Of a DNA stretch of 64,000 nt, positions 20,401 through 28,821 are shown piece after piece. Origin of the DNA: a virus (Duplodnaviria; Caudoviricetes); IMG/VR virus record IMGVR_UViG_3300048852_000007, positions 1 to 64,000 of that record; one strand, 5' to 3'. The notes beneath the pieces are model-generated. The model was given only the letters and a program-made list of their open reading frames with translations, made no database searches and had not been told where the DNA came from. The position numbers and the translations under genes are program-made. The stretch's first letter is position 1; every line of letters begins with the position of its first letter.

Positions 20401-22337
20401 GGTGTTGCCAGGCTTTCCGGAGTGATCGGCTTGGCTTGGACCTGAGCCTGGACCTCGGCAATCTGCTCCTGCATCCGAGCCAGAGCACGTTGAATCGCCG
20501 GGTTCTGCTGAAGCTGAGGGATCAGTGCATTGAACTGCCCGATGATCCGACCGGCCGGATGCTCATCCGAGATGGCTTCCAGCGCCGCTTCGTCACTGAA
20601 AACGACATCCTCGTACTGACCCAGGAGTTCATAGAGGGTCACTGCGGCGGCAATGGCGTCCGGAGATTTGGGGTCAACCTTGTTGACCACCTGAGCCAGG
20701 CGCTGCAAGGCTTCGACACGGTGCGTGGAACCAGAGAGAGCCTGACGTACCTGCTCCGGAAGCTGAGTGTTCTCATACATCGCCGGATCGAAGCGGCTGA
20801 CATTGAGGATCTTCTCGGCCAGAGCCGACACCGCAGGCTGAGCTTCCGGAGGCGCAGCTGCCACCGCCTCGGCAAGAGCGGCTTCGGTCTGGGGTGCATT
20901 GGCAGCAACCTCGGCACCGGCCCGCTGGATGACGCTATCGGCCACCGGAGAGGCAGCCTCATTCCTGGCACGGTTAGCTTCATGTCGTTGAGCCAGAGCA
21001 CCCAGCACAGTCCGTCCAGTGGCTTCCACCGAACCAAGGGCAGCACGACCAACCGCACCAGGTGCCTGGATGGCACCAGCAGTGCCAAGCCCGAAGAGCG
21101 CACCCGTGCCAGCTTGCTCACCCACACCTTCCGAGATCGTGCGGGTCTCATCGGCAAATTGCTGGGTGGCCAGGTTCTGCGCCACCTGGCCAGTGGCACC
21201 CTGGATACCTTCTTCCACTGGTTCGGTGACCAGGTTCCGGGCAGCCGTCCGTAGATTGGGCACTCGAAGCGGTGCTGCCTCAAATCGAGACACCAGACCA
21301 CCGGCAGCCATGGCAGCAGGGGCAGTGATGCCGGCCGCCATCAGACCAGCTCGTCCTGCTGCTCGGGTTCGTGCCTCTTCAGGGCTCAGACCTTGTTCAC
21401 GTAGCTCCCGGTAGTAGGGAGAGTTGGCTTCCAGCTGATCAAAACTCATCCCAGCGATCTCGGAAGCCGTCTGTTGGTAAGCACCACCGGCTTCCATACC
21501 GCCAATGGCCACAGACATCCCACTCGGAGCCCGGCTCAGTGCCGCAGAAGGCAGCGCAGCCCGACCGATAGCCGACAATCCTCGACCAATAGGTCCACCC
21601 GTCAGCAGAGAACCAACGCCCTGTGCCACACCGTCAGAGAGTGTGGTGGGATCAGCGATGGTATTGCCCACAGCGTCCAGAGCATCCCGGCCAAAGCGCC
21701 TCAGACCTGCGATGGTGCTGCCTTGGGTCCGGCTCTCTTCCTCGAAGCGAGCAGTGTTATCCCGGAAGTCCAGCTCGTTCTCGACACCAATGGCCCGACG
21801 GCGGTTCTGGAGAGTCGGGGACTGAGTACCCTGAACAAAGCGGGTGAAGCCCTGGAGACGGTTGGAGATTTCCACACCCAGTCGGTCGCTGATGGCACCA
21901 CCAGCCAGAGCAGCAATACCGCCGACCGAGTTGGCCACACCCAGGCCAACACCGGACACCAGATCCGAAGCAATCTCCTCATCGTTGCGGGTACCCCGAG
22001 TGTCCGAGCGGAAGTCCCGGATACCCTGGAGCTGTTGGCGAATGAGTCGGTTGCCCTCGTCGTCGCCATACCTTTCCCGGATCTGGTTCGGGGTGAGGGT
22101 GGCCAGCTCCGTCTCAAGCGGACCCATGGAAGCCCGTCCAGCACCAGTGGCCCGACCAGCGGCAAAGCGATAGGCGTCGGCATTCGTGAGGTCAGGAGCC
22201 CCCATGGCTCCACGCTTGGCTTCAGTGGCAGCAGTCACTCGCTGCTGCACGGCGACAGGGACAGGGGGCGGAAGAGCAACCGACTCTACAGAGGGGGTCT
22301 GCACGGCAGACTCAAGCAGGTCGTTGATAATCGCCAT
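11421..22337 (-). CDS. Virion-encapsidated RNA polymerase (N4 gp50-like), 3638 aa
   Basis: Size; T7-like motifs YVEADGVTNGP (A), RGIAKNPLTITIYGSG (B), LKIFDG (C); mini-vRNAP-like start GMDAAYPKLIG. Confidence 0.97.
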   Translation of the reverse strand: MAIINDLLESAVQTPSVESVALPPPVPVAVQQRVTAATEAKRGAMGAPDLTNADAYRFAAGRATGAGRASMGPLETELATLTPNQIRERYGDDEGNRLIRQQLQGIRDFRSDTRGTRNDEEIASDLVSGVGLGVANSVGGIAALAGGAISDRLGVEISNRLQGFTRFVQGTQSPTLQNRRRAIGVENELDFRDNTARFEEESRTQGSTIAGLRRFGRDALDAVGNTIADPTTLSDGVAQGVGSLLTGGPIGRGLSAIGRAALPSAALSRAPSGMSVAIGGMEAGGAYQQTASEIAGMSFDQLEANSPYYRELREQGLSPEEARTRAAGRAGLMAAGITAPAAMAAGGLVSRFEAAPLRVPNLRTAARNLVTEPVEEGIQGATGQVAQNLATQQFADETRTISEGVGEQAGTGALFGLGTAGAIQAPGAVGRAALGSVEATGRTVLGALAQRHEANRARNEAASPVADSVIQRAGAEVAANAPQTEAALAEAVAAAPPEAQPAVSALAEKILNVSRFDPAMYENTQLPEQVRQALSGSTHRVEALQRLAQVVNKVDPKSPDAIAAAVTLYELLGQYEDVVFSDEAALEAISDEHPAGRIIGQFNALIPQLQQNPAIQRALARMQEQIAEVQAQVQAKPITPESLATPEGQQQAQNIVGIAQIAPHKGNLEATNMVLMHAEQGRIQLTDSQRSALMASKAILEAAKKASDEQKALGHKRLLNDVSDQIQVDPDPNAPKLSAVAHYNRIAQAMRAGNTKLAASHLKGFGEFVQHMANKVGALNQHFAQGGGRNVSYQALNPTTREWYQDKAGLAVHPHNAGSVELAQRVQLEAQRLAEIYEGLRIAFPALNGEQIQVPTLNQDLQGNPYKVVQAFQKGERVRPGSKPKAEAKPVDSRSGETKPVASQKEAKAIDKPEAKPKAEPKKEEPKAAAVAEVVSTPQAAEATTEAAAEAKPAKVKAEPRNQNNPFKDSVIQGEVYHATKNPEDLKNIQTERENSGANFWLKGNVGAINNKKIGFYTTRNISYAAAVAGADIPQGAEKLTLSEYQSKISEKNGVSIVPLYVNLTNPYLVKDDDSITITSISRAEMDDLVARGYDGLLFADPEHRYEEIVVFRPEQVSFVKPEAPLQGMDAAYPKLIGSEPGSKVVNWFKRAFKLPKEAKTHTIGTDTPLDDAIKAVDAAEDTDIAKAYRGYLRQGKTLAKIMDARLQRYLANTPKTGDNAGKPLLERFLSGQPANSFADGKPLNITEPDGKTLRYNQELLEGAILAGLQWLLTADQRESQIDKKAASALTGIPEDEIIDEETLIGKLSNKGLPTVTAKRTLADKILQFWGLETNADVPDGYAEGIPEAMAAEVMEALLESGDLILSPVRITDEDGLPQGETKTLNFYEAKAREKDDPILKSPSSIEKMVLIEPEDVTYFGDARPKVAATQLRNPAVRNTPEQKAMIRKEQETPHYLNVPMVKLYEALGLDNLLGLFGAGNLEGRVLNKNHAASLDGQNRTISAAFHHLTNLVTEVGHAAEKAGVEQDQLPIHYAYNVNRVGRLQMLGRYNPQSTKLVREAILPTRSTLDLSNENSTDYRKFALGLAQALGVKVHKKKLDAARKDLDKLLSGPLAPAVEMLRDFHNTGKVDPRLVEVMKSGLKNDLTVMALHAVAEYARLQETQDRSSFTTSIYVEADGVTNGPVNAMMLLTSGRFTKEWVNRMAKGGLFFRGPRTMNEQHGDGYDTKDMYQTTTDNLADEFAKLTAEIDSPQVQEQLNLMKDLMDLFLPDFEIQDGKLVMNRGIAKNPLTITIYGSGEKGIAGKVTSAMIEQLYERMSEVAAKLDENPKMAFSEAMFGSVSTDLASAEAKLVRFSKAFKALTTNVVARRKGKLELSQGENVEPMKGFDAKTFTVDKARLTNLRTNMQHLFVKPLREAITQTIGQPLMESAKLVQQATQIQSIFQQHTFNEAVRAKIAEKVAQDPRAKADGLSRQERDDILSDVLKRFPLVETGRQSFFIAGSQSTDVNASEWSKSLTGHIGTNGFVYGPTDAGVAGIPMMVIGTGDGQMMQTLATMKGAPTGSLKIFDGVNFPLDKLEDSSRKANQAVFDAWQGNPIQAVSLAFSESIPSFPTADYPGEMLNKLGRTLGIREPTYGAVAAAIQDLDKELRRAGISVEARHSAIARVSHSIDQMAAASSPYEHKGIELQGTNEEEISEELNKLYLEELDKLMLNLGEKPGRSNIDPERREQASAPVKEPATKPKPVTETPATKPVSVKTKPAIEPAKEKLTFGRVDPKSKVRILSPTAINKIAKKLGLAPAQQTIFDQIHRTGAAKDYRVIYGTVEQLSDYAEEKGLTLPMRVHGAKGVTVPGESTIYLISPSRETLVHELIHAATYEKVEAVLDGRLKDQEAELAVGRLLQLQDQFLALNDDSNAYAFAKSAIHGHQIGGRPAAALNEFMAWGLANKDLAETMSKTKASPLVQLAKDVFQAIKRLVFGRAKVSKPEDDMLSNLLFNTSIIVRSQPSLQSQVRDATLFMSTAYGDSERLAQINATFDKQVVDYLNTNPVDRIDRQGKVDLAILGASRLVNSVVSHGFAMTPQELTTFQAVTAALATEAAIDPNSMAMAQSLYAHVTKTLKVEDFMADPDSLDPADRYQAQEKFDTVMGNFLVETDGVGRSSLLPVFLGLAMVNDPMRTAMAKIALPKTVLQGWNTLDGVLENAGNIALESLSQRISGIDKAANVQEAVDALSRRIQEVSQERQTLIDQLASPVGGLVDRANQIIVDGLNALAARGVSAAERLDAKHQNKLTQGLAASARVTAAIVNEDQAEKVAQGVMTMMNNVKGLQPIRELVVDLIGRTSSNMNVYDLIKRTRSDVQQDRQQFREHLPTIIAGKFSRKLTDAEWSTLFRGMGKTDLAALARHFTPAEILTHLEDETQLDRSIRSLESTLSGKDQAHWSLLQRKAKQLAHYMGTGEPGSNLLRNAEAVSRLLGERTQKGRVSPDRDFIADVDQLVTLYALKNLSTQDRESMASLAQDEAQGMEFTLAYLVGQRVEEQRKAASGRARLNHYKGHIPSTQQDGVSLIVADDDRYVELVEKSYVRVGDYGGSAAEGSKNKQSYYFAPVSARSPFNQGIMQNVRATASGVEASTGFTDGLVAGRIADPASVALINRRLHQEKGGTRENLLPVFNETGEVVAFERSVDPAHLDRLNRDTHLAKMIGVWRGRQVEEAKAGIYNEKLIDALHSMHQEDVKASSGNQSQYVDLFDTKRLDPVLRDAVSLMSKEVRDHARSVFGGEAFYVRRDMLNDALGYRNASIGDAWTGISHWTPAKQEQVKRIALGVMGNDAYRYLMNSEKTIQNVVKDARLLIVVKSMVVPAANFVSNIYQMMSRGVPLMDIARGLPKKTAEIHAYTKSRLREIEAEADLRAAEAAQDVVQSRKLKAEIQSIQDSYRRMSIWPLIEVGEFSSISDVGISRDEILLSEGRWHQYMERLTEKLPDSLRTAGRYALVTKDTALFQGMQKAVEYGDFLAKAIIYDDITVRQKKPKKYALGRVTEEFVNYDRLPGRFRGALEANGLLWFYHFKIRAAKIALSTIRNNPVHALLANVLPSPPGLGSVGTPLTDNLFTKGLEGTLGHSIGPGMGFGAFRLNPWLNLAH
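18975..19450 (-). other. ADP-ribosyltransferase-like (ART-PolyVal-type) domain embedded in the vRNAP, about aa 963-1121
   Basis: VYHAT ... GFYTT ... IVPLYVNLTNP ... GYDGLL ... YEEIVVFRPEQV signature; AT-richer than flanks. Confidence 0.7.
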
Positions 22338-22404
22338 TTTTACCCTCTGAGTCTTTAAGCTGCCGATGGTACGTCAGCGTATAGTCTATCAACTCGGGGG
22401 TATA

Positions 22405-22431
22405 AATAGAAATCCCCGCCGAAGCGGGGAT
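22405..22431 (-). terminator. Rho-independent terminator after the gp51-like gene
   Basis: On the minus strand ATCCCCGC-TTCG-GCGGGGAT-TTCTATTT. Confidence 0.75.
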
Positions 22432-22479
22432 CTCCTACAATTCTACTCTAAAACTACCAGTCTGTTTCTGAAGAGTTAA

Positions 22480-24780
22480 TCAGCGCCTAGGAGAAGACCC
22501 TTCGATCACGCTTTCGTAGTTACCCAGCAGTCGGTCAATCTGAGCCTGCAAAGCAGCCCGTTGCTCTTGCCGACGGGCATCCTGCTCACGCCACCGGGCG
22601 TAACCCTCTGGATCTGCTTGACGCTGCCTCAGGCTTGGAGGACGAGGGGCCTCTCTTTGCAGGGCACTCAAGGCACTGCGGGCTTCGTCGATCTGCTGTC
22701 CGATCTGTTCAGCCGCCGGAGGAACAGCAGGTGCAGCAGCGGAGGCCAGTGCAGCTGCCGCAGGTGTGCCAGTCCTGGTAGCAGTGGGAGTAGGAGCAGG
22801 CGTTCCAGTATCTAGAGCAGCCGGCGGCAGAGTAGTCTCACCAGGCTGAGCTACCGCTGTGGCTGCGGCATTGGCAGGCGCACTCCGACGAGGTTGCAGC
22901 GTAGCATCCTTCTGCTGCCGACCCAGGGCAGCTTCAAGACTGGCCTGAGCCAGACCAAGCTGAGCCCGATACCGGGGGATCAGGTTCGTCATCCCTCGAC
23001 GGGTTACCTCTGCCAGGTTGGCAGCTGCGGTCGTGTGAGCTTGCCTGGCAGATTCCAAAGCCGCAGCCTGAGCCTCCATAGTCTGGGCCTGCTCAGTGGC
23101 GTCGAAGGTGGTGCCCTGCTGCATGAGGGCAGCATCCCGACGCACTGCCTCGGTATTGGGAACCACAGAATAGCCGCCCAGGATCGTCGGCAGATTGCGA
23201 CGAATGAACCCTGCACCTTGCGGGTTGTTCTCCAGAAGCAAACCAGCACGAGCGGCATTGATCCCCGTGTTGGATCGGCCATCCGGACCTGGAGCCGTCA
23301 TGACATCCTGGAGATCATTAATCAGCCGCTCAATCGGAAGATTCTGATACACCGGGTTCTGCTTCAGCTTGGCAGCCACCTCACTGATGGTGGAGTTGTC
23401 CTGTCCCGCCGCAGCATAACGAGCCGTAATACCGTCTGCCCGTTCCTGCGTAAGACGCTCACCAATCTGACCGACGGCTTGGTTGGTTCGAGCACCAGCA
23501 CTGGCAACCTGGGTTCGCAGAGCCGTCAAGCTCTCAGGCGTAGCACCAACTTCACGCTGGGCAATCAGGGGGCGGATCTCCTCCCAGCTCATATTGGCAT
23601 AGCCGCCAACACCTCGATCCGGCAGAGCAGCCCAGGTCTGCGAGAGATTGCCGTTACGCCGCTCCTCGAAGATAGCCTTAGCAATTCTGTCCTGGTTCTC
23701 AGGCGAGAGGGGTTGGTTCCGCCAGTCCGAGCCAAGGACACGAGGGGCGAAGTCCGAGAGCGTGGCATGGTTGATCTGGAAAGCACCCACCGGACTGGCA
23801 CCCACTCGTGGCAGCAGCTGGGTCCGCTGGAAATCCACCACGTCGCCAATGTTCATGGTCGAAACCGGAGCCGGCGTCGCCGTGAAGCCATAGGCCACAT
23901 CGAAGGGGCTGCCAGCACGAGTACCAGCCGTACCAGGTGCCGAGGAGCCAGGGGCAGCAGTACGGGCACCGCGGTTCGCTGCGGTCGCTATAGCGCCAGA
24001 AGCCGGGGTTCCAGTGGTAGGTGCGGTTGCAGCCGTGGCTGGGGGGCTGAAGGCTCCTGCCCAACGACGGCCGATCTCTGCATCCACCAAGGAACGGGCA
24101 CCCGGCGACAAGGCTCGATACTCAGGGGTAGCCCGGAGGTTATAGGCATCCTCCACCAGCAGAGCTTCGTCCCCGAATCGCCCGATGAACCCAAGCGCAG
24201 TTTGGGTATCAGCGTCATTCCGGCGCTCATTGCCGAAGGTGAACCGCCCACGCTCCAGACTCAGAGTATCAGAATCAACACCGATCCGGCTTCGCTGGTT
24301 CTGGATCGTCTGCCCCTCATTGCCGAGCGCCATCTGGGTTAGACGAAGGGGGTTAGCTTCTCGATTGAAATCAATGTCCTGCTGAGAACGGGTGTTATTC
24401 TGCTCCATTCCTGTGAGCCGCAGAGGGTTAGCACGCTGGTCGAAGCTCAGCCGCTCCCGTGCCGTGGCCTGATCCAGGAGAACTGAACTACGGTTGTCGA
24501 GCGCTTGTAGGGTTCGAGGCGTAACCAAGGTGGGATCCAACCCCGCCATGACATCACCCCGAGCCAGGGCAGCCTGGTACTCGGCAGGGTCAGAGAACCT
24601 CTGGGCATTGCGCAGGGCAGCGTTGTCGGCTTGCTCCTGGCGGTAGGTCTGGAACTTGCCCAGGCCATCGCTCAGACCAGAGAAGGCCCGATCCAAGGAG
24701 TTGGCAGCGACGTTCAGGCCGGCAAGCGATCCCCGGAAATCCGGGGTATCGACATTCCGCCACGTCAGGGGAGGAGCCAT
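22480..24780 (-). CDS. Internal virion/ejection protein (N4 gp51-like) with a lysozyme-like domain
   Basis: MAPPLTWRNV N-terminus; GAFQINHATL...SPENQDRIA...TWAALP lysozyme-like motifs; adjacent to vRNAP. Confidence 0.8.
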   Translation of the reverse strand: MAPPLTWRNVDTPDFRGSLAGLNVAANSLDRAFSGLSDGLGKFQTYRQEQADNAALRNAQRFSDPAEYQAALARGDVMAGLDPTLVTPRTLQALDNRSSVLLDQATARERLSFDQRANPLRLTGMEQNNTRSQQDIDFNREANPLRLTQMALGNEGQTIQNQRSRIGVDSDTLSLERGRFTFGNERRNDADTQTALGFIGRFGDEALLVEDAYNLRATPEYRALSPGARSLVDAEIGRRWAGAFSPPATAATAPTTGTPASGAIATAANRGARTAAPGSSAPGTAGTRAGSPFDVAYGFTATPAPVSTMNIGDVVDFQRTQLLPRVGASPVGAFQINHATLSDFAPRVLGSDWRNQPLSPENQDRIAKAIFEERRNGNLSQTWAALPDRGVGGYANMSWEEIRPLIAQREVGATPESLTALRTQVASAGARTNQAVGQIGERLTQERADGITARYAAAGQDNSTISEVAAKLKQNPVYQNLPIERLINDLQDVMTAPGPDGRSNTGINAARAGLLLENNPQGAGFIRRNLPTILGGYSVVPNTEAVRRDAALMQQGTTFDATEQAQTMEAQAAALESARQAHTTAAANLAEVTRRGMTNLIPRYRAQLGLAQASLEAALGRQQKDATLQPRRSAPANAAATAVAQPGETTLPPAALDTGTPAPTPTATRTGTPAAAALASAAAPAVPPAAEQIGQQIDEARSALSALQREAPRPPSLRQRQADPEGYARWREQDARRQEQRAALQAQIDRLLGNYESVIEGSSPRR

Positions 24781-24794
24781 GATCCTGTATCCTC

Positions 24795-25247
24795 TCAGCG
24801 AGTCAGCTGATTGCGAGCGATGTAGTCTCGCTCCTCGGCTTCGCTCATACCGTTGACCTTGGCCCTGGCACCAATCCGATCCGTGAGAGCCGTGTTGTAG
24901 CTCTTGATCTGGTTCGTCAGGTTGGTGTCAGCGATCCTGCGGGTGAGGCCCAGCTGCTCTCGGGCCAGGTTATTGGCCTGGAAGGCATTCCAGATATTCC
25001 CGATAGCACCGAGGCCAGCCATACCGAGCTGTGCCGTACCAAGGTTCCAGCCAAAGCCTGAACCAGGGGCACCAGCACCATTGGGTCCAGGCATCCCACC
25101 CCAACTGATGTCCTGCCGACCGCTGGGATCCATCAGCGCATTGATGGGCTGAGCCCCAAAATCCATGATGCTGTTGGGTCGCTGGGTCACCATGCTGGGA
25201 CTGGAGCCAAAGAAGTTGGGGAACTCGAAAGCCATCACACTCTCCAT
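24795..25247 (-). CDS. Small virion structural/ejection protein (N4 gp52-like)
   Basis: Gly-rich hydrophobic segment followed by NQIKSYNTAL..R motif; gene order. Confidence 0.8.
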   Translation of the reverse strand: MESVMAFEFPNFFGSSPSMVTQRPNSIMDFGAQPINALMDPSGRQDISWGGMPGPNGAGAPGSGFGWNLGTAQLGMAGLGAIGNIWNAFQANNLAREQLGLTRRIADTNLTNQIKSYNTALTDRIGARAKVNGMSEAEERDYIARNQLTR

Positions 25248-27766
25248 CAGGTCGGGAGTTCGGTGCTGAGAGTGATCTCAGCGAAGTTGGTCACCATACT
25301 CAGAGACATCTCAGCCACCTCACTCCCCGTCATCAGGGTCCGGCTGAAGAAGCTATCGGGTGGCTCGAAGATGTTCGTCTGGGACGAGTCCGTCAGAGCC
25401 AAGGGATTCAGTATCTGAAAGCCTGACCCCAGAACCTCATCATACTTGGCGGCTATGGCTTCAGATTGGGCAGTATAATCGGCCAACACGGCCTGTGTCT
25501 TGCCCATGACATCTTGAGCTTCGGCTTTCATATAGTCCGCATAACCATTACCGGCTGCCACGGTCAGCTTGAGGATGTTCTCTGCCCGAGTGAGCTGGGA
25601 GAAGGAGGAAGAAAGATTCCCCGAACCAAGAGAAGCTCCCACTTGAAGTGCCACGACCGAGGCAATGACGGCAACGATGGCTCCAACCTTCTCCCCGAAG
25701 ATCGCTGTGGAGCCTGCTGAGATAATGGTGGTGAGAACCATCGCTGCCACGGCATTAGCGATAGCCCCAGCAATGATGGCAGCGACTCCTGTGTAACCTA
25801 GAGCTGCTCCAACTGCTGCATTGGCACCTAGAAGTCCAACAGAGCCAGCACCTGCACCACCAGTGACCACGGTGACGACGATGATCGCCACGATCAGCAG
25901 CACCTTGAACCAACCAGACTGGTACCACTTCTCTTTAACGATCTGGTAGCAGTTGAAGACGATGAAGCAGCACGCCGTACTCATCTGAGTGGCGTCCACA
26001 AGGTTCATCCTTCGGAAGATTTCCTCGTGGAGTGGGATCAGAAATCCAGACTCTTCTGGATCAACCAGGGCTTCAGCTCCGGAGATTACCACAGACCTGC
26101 CGCCATAGATGGTATTGCGGTGGCGTAGTCCACGGATGTCCAGAGTTCTCCAGGAGTCTTCGGTCACCTGCCAGTGGAGGAGAATGCTGTCGATGTCCTC
26201 TCCCGCCATGGAGATGAATCCACCCTCTCCAGTGAAGATGTCATAGATCGGAGACTCGACTTCCCCTACCTCGAACCAGAGTTCCCCCACCTTGGCATCA
26301 GGCTTCTTCAGACCGGAACCTACTGATTCCTCAATCGAGGACCAGGTGATCGCCATGTCGTAGTTGATGATGGGATTGCTGCTGCTGGCCACCCGAACGG
26401 TGTGCCGAGGCTGCTTGGGGTAATAGGGTCCGATTGGCTCCGGTGTCCCGAAGAGCGGGTTCCCCGGATCATACTGGGCATCGAACCAGGTCTGCCATTC
26501 GATGGCTCGCGCTTCTGCCGTCTCATAGGCTTCCCGCCAGGCCCGGAGGCTTTCACCCGTGAGATCCTGACCCTGCATGATCTCCTGGAAGAACTCATAG
26601 ACATAGCGCCGGCAAGCATTCTCCTTGACGTTCAGGGAGACACCGAAGGTCACATAGGCATAGTCGATGTCCCCGACAGACGGGTTCTCCTCCACCTTCC
26701 CCCGCAGATCATCGAAGCTGCTGCCCAGGGCTTTCTTGAGCGCCTTCTTCACCGAGGGGTAGAAGGCACTGTGGCTGCTCTCCGGGGTGATGAAGGTGTT
26801 GTCCAACCGCACGGGTATGAAGGGGAAATAATCCCCCGCACTCTCACTGGCCTGGAACAGCGCATCCAGATCGGCATTGCCGGTGCCCTGCTGGTAGATC
26901 AGCACCTGAAGGTTGGACCACGCCTTCACCACAATGTCCTGGGTGTCCACCCGGTAGCTCTTCTCGGTGACGGTGCTGGTGGCATCCTCCGTGGTCGTCC
27001 ACTGGAACATCACCTCCCGCACGGCATGGGTGCTGGCGGAACCAGTGGTTCCCCCGAGGTAGACATCCCGCTCCCAGATTTCCTGGAGCCTGGTGAAGCC
27101 AGGTGCAGGCACGGTGTTGGAGGTGCCCGTCAGCACCCACCCCGAGGTGCTGGGGAAGGGATCACTTGGATCCAGCTCAACCTCCGACCCAGTGACCGGA
27201 GGCGTTTCTTGGTTGGTGTCCACCAGATTGTAGGTGGCATAGAGGTACAACCCCACTGGATCGAAATCCGTCGGGGTGAAGCTCTCGATCGAGGTGTCTG
27301 CCAAAGTGACGGAGATCGTGTTGGTGTCTTCGTCGAAATCCGAGATGTAGTCGGTGTTGAGCTCGCTGGGATGGAAGGTCGCCATATAGCGATCGACCCA
27401 GAAGGTGTAATCCGGCACCCCGATCTCGGCCGTCTGAACCAGCACCTCTTGGCCTGGGTCATGAGGGATCAGCGCAGCCAGGGCATTGTTGTCCACCGTC
27501 TGGCTCAGGATCAGTGAGCCAGAAGGGATCCCCATATAGCTGGTGTAGCCGCTCGACCTGCCCCAACGCGGATAGGCCCGTAGCTTGATACCAGGGCCAT
27601 TCAGATAACTACGCCGAAGAGTCTCTGAGAGAGTCTCTCCGGTGGGAGTCAAGATCCCACCGATCAGCGTCGTCTTGAGATAATCGGGACGATCATTCTC
27701 ATCCCCGGCCAGGTTGTAGACGACCGAGGAGACACTCACAGACTTCTTGGTGCTGAAGACTCCCAC
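25247..27766 (-). CDS. Virion structural protein (N4 gp53-like), 839 aa
   Basis: VSSVVYNLAGD N-terminus; C-terminal KWYQSGWFK plus hydrophobic Gly/Ala region; gene order. Confidence 0.82.
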   Translation of the reverse strand: MGVFSTKKSVSVSSVVYNLAGDENDRPDYLKTTLIGGILTPTGETLSETLRRSYLNGPGIKLRAYPRWGRSSGYTSYMGIPSGSLILSQTVDNNALAALIPHDPGQEVLVQTAEIGVPDYTFWVDRYMATFHPSELNTDYISDFDEDTNTISVTLADTSIESFTPTDFDPVGLYLYATYNLVDTNQETPPVTGSEVELDPSDPFPSTSGWVLTGTSNTVPAPGFTRLQEIWERDVYLGGTTGSASTHAVREVMFQWTTTEDATSTVTEKSYRVDTQDIVVKAWSNLQVLIYQQGTGNADLDALFQASESAGDYFPFIPVRLDNTFITPESSHSAFYPSVKKALKKALGSSFDDLRGKVEENPSVGDIDYAYVTFGVSLNVKENACRRYVYEFFQEIMQGQDLTGESLRAWREAYETAEARAIEWQTWFDAQYDPGNPLFGTPEPIGPYYPKQPRHTVRVASSSNPIINYDMAITWSSIEESVGSGLKKPDAKVGELWFEVGEVESPIYDIFTGEGGFISMAGEDIDSILLHWQVTEDSWRTLDIRGLRHRNTIYGGRSVVISGAEALVDPEESGFLIPLHEEIFRRMNLVDATQMSTACCFIVFNCYQIVKEKWYQSGWFKVLLIVAIIVVTVVTGGAGAGSVGLLGANAAVGAALGYTGVAAIIAGAIANAVAAMVLTTIISAGSTAIFGEKVGAIVAVIASVVALQVGASLGSGNLSSSFSQLTRAENILKLTVAAGNGYADYMKAEAQDVMGKTQAVLADYTAQSEAIAAKYDEVLGSGFQILNPLALTDSSQTNIFEPPDSFFSRTLMTGSEVAEMSLSMVTNFAEITLSTELPT

Positions 27767-27768
27767 GA

Positions 27769-28734
27769 TCAGAGTCCGAGATCGGTCTTCAGACGGGTCA
27801 GCACGGTATCCAGACTGGCGTTGGTGAAGCCATCCGGGGGTTCGACACCCTCATCAATGGTCTTCTGAGTGAGCCAAGCATCGCTGAAGATCTTGCCGAT
27901 CTTCACCCGGCCATCCTTCTGATAGCTATCAATCTGCTGGGTGTAGAGATCCTTCTGCTTGCCCATCACACCCCGCACAGCTTGACCATCAATGCGGATG
28001 TCCAGCGTCTGAGCATGTTGCGCCTCAGCCTGCTCCTTCATCAACTGAACCTGAGCCGGCAGGACCGTGGAGATCTGGTACTCAGCAGCCTCTCGCTGCG
28101 CTTGAGCCGTTTGCAGTTGCTCAGGAAGCATCTGATTGAGGTTGAACGATGCGGTTTCCCGCTGGATCGTGGCCAGGGTCAGCTGCTCGGGCAGCACATT
28201 ATCCAGGGTGAACTTCAGCGTGCAGTATTGGACGCTCTCGGTGGAGAGCTTCAGCTTCGCATTGGCATACTCGGCTTTGGAGAGCAGCGCATCGAACTGG
28301 GATTTCGCCAGCTCAACCCTGGTGGTCTCAAGCTGTACCCGTCCGGTGACCGCAGCCACCTGCGCTTTTTGTGCCTCCCAGAACGCCTGCCCACGGTTCA
28401 GGACAAACTGGACCGAGCTGGCCATGGCAGCCTGGGTCAGCTCGATATACGCCTTGGTGTACTCGGCGCCTGTGATGCGACCCTTCTCGTACTCGACGGC
28501 AAGGTGAGCATTCACCGTCGCCATCAGAACATCGAAGGTGCCGGACCCACCGACGACCTTCGTCGTCAGATCCTCGTTCGATGGGTGAACGACGACCTTG
28601 TACATATCGTCGTCCAGGCCAGCGGGGACCTTGAAGAGCGCATTATCAAGATCGACGGTCGGGATCGTGAAGTTCAGCCCGGCAGTCAGAGATGTGAGCA
28701 GGGTATCAGCTTCGGTTTCGGCGCCACAACTCAT
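27769..28734 (-). CDS. Virion structural protein (N4 gp54-like)
   Basis: GSGTFDVLM..V..HL..EY..GRITG.EYTKAY motif; gene order. Confidence 0.82.
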   Translation of the reverse strand: MSCGAETEADTLLTSLTAGLNFTIPTVDLDNALFKVPAGLDDDMYKVVVHPSNEDLTTKVVGGSGTFDVLMATVNAHLAVEYEKGRITGAEYTKAYIELTQAAMASSVQFVLNRGQAFWEAQKAQVAAVTGRVQLETTRVELAKSQFDALLSKAEYANAKLKLSTESVQYCTLKFTLDNVLPEQLTLATIQRETASFNLNQMLPEQLQTAQAQREAAEYQISTVLPAQVQLMKEQAEAQHAQTLDIRIDGQAVRGVMGKQKDLYTQQIDSYQKDGRVKIGKIFSDAWLTQKTIDEGVEPPDGFTNASLDTVLTRLKTDLGL

Positions 28735-28756
28735 CGGGCTGGTCCTTCTAGCGAAT

Positions 28757-28795
28757 TGAAAAGGCCCACCGGCTCAACAAGGAACCTGGTGGGCC
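28757..28795 (-). terminator. Hairpin/terminator after the gp55-like gene
   Basis: GGCCCACC...GGTGGGCC stem with TTTTC tail on the minus strand; 13-nt loop. Confidence 0.55.
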
Positions 28796-28821
28796 ATATG
28801 GTCTTTGGAACTGTCTACGGG

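Noticed and set aside
22345-22400. Sigma70 late promoter for vRNAP (TTGATA...TACCAT on the minus strand)
   Set aside because: The 15-nt spacer is too short; cannot be supported without 5' end data
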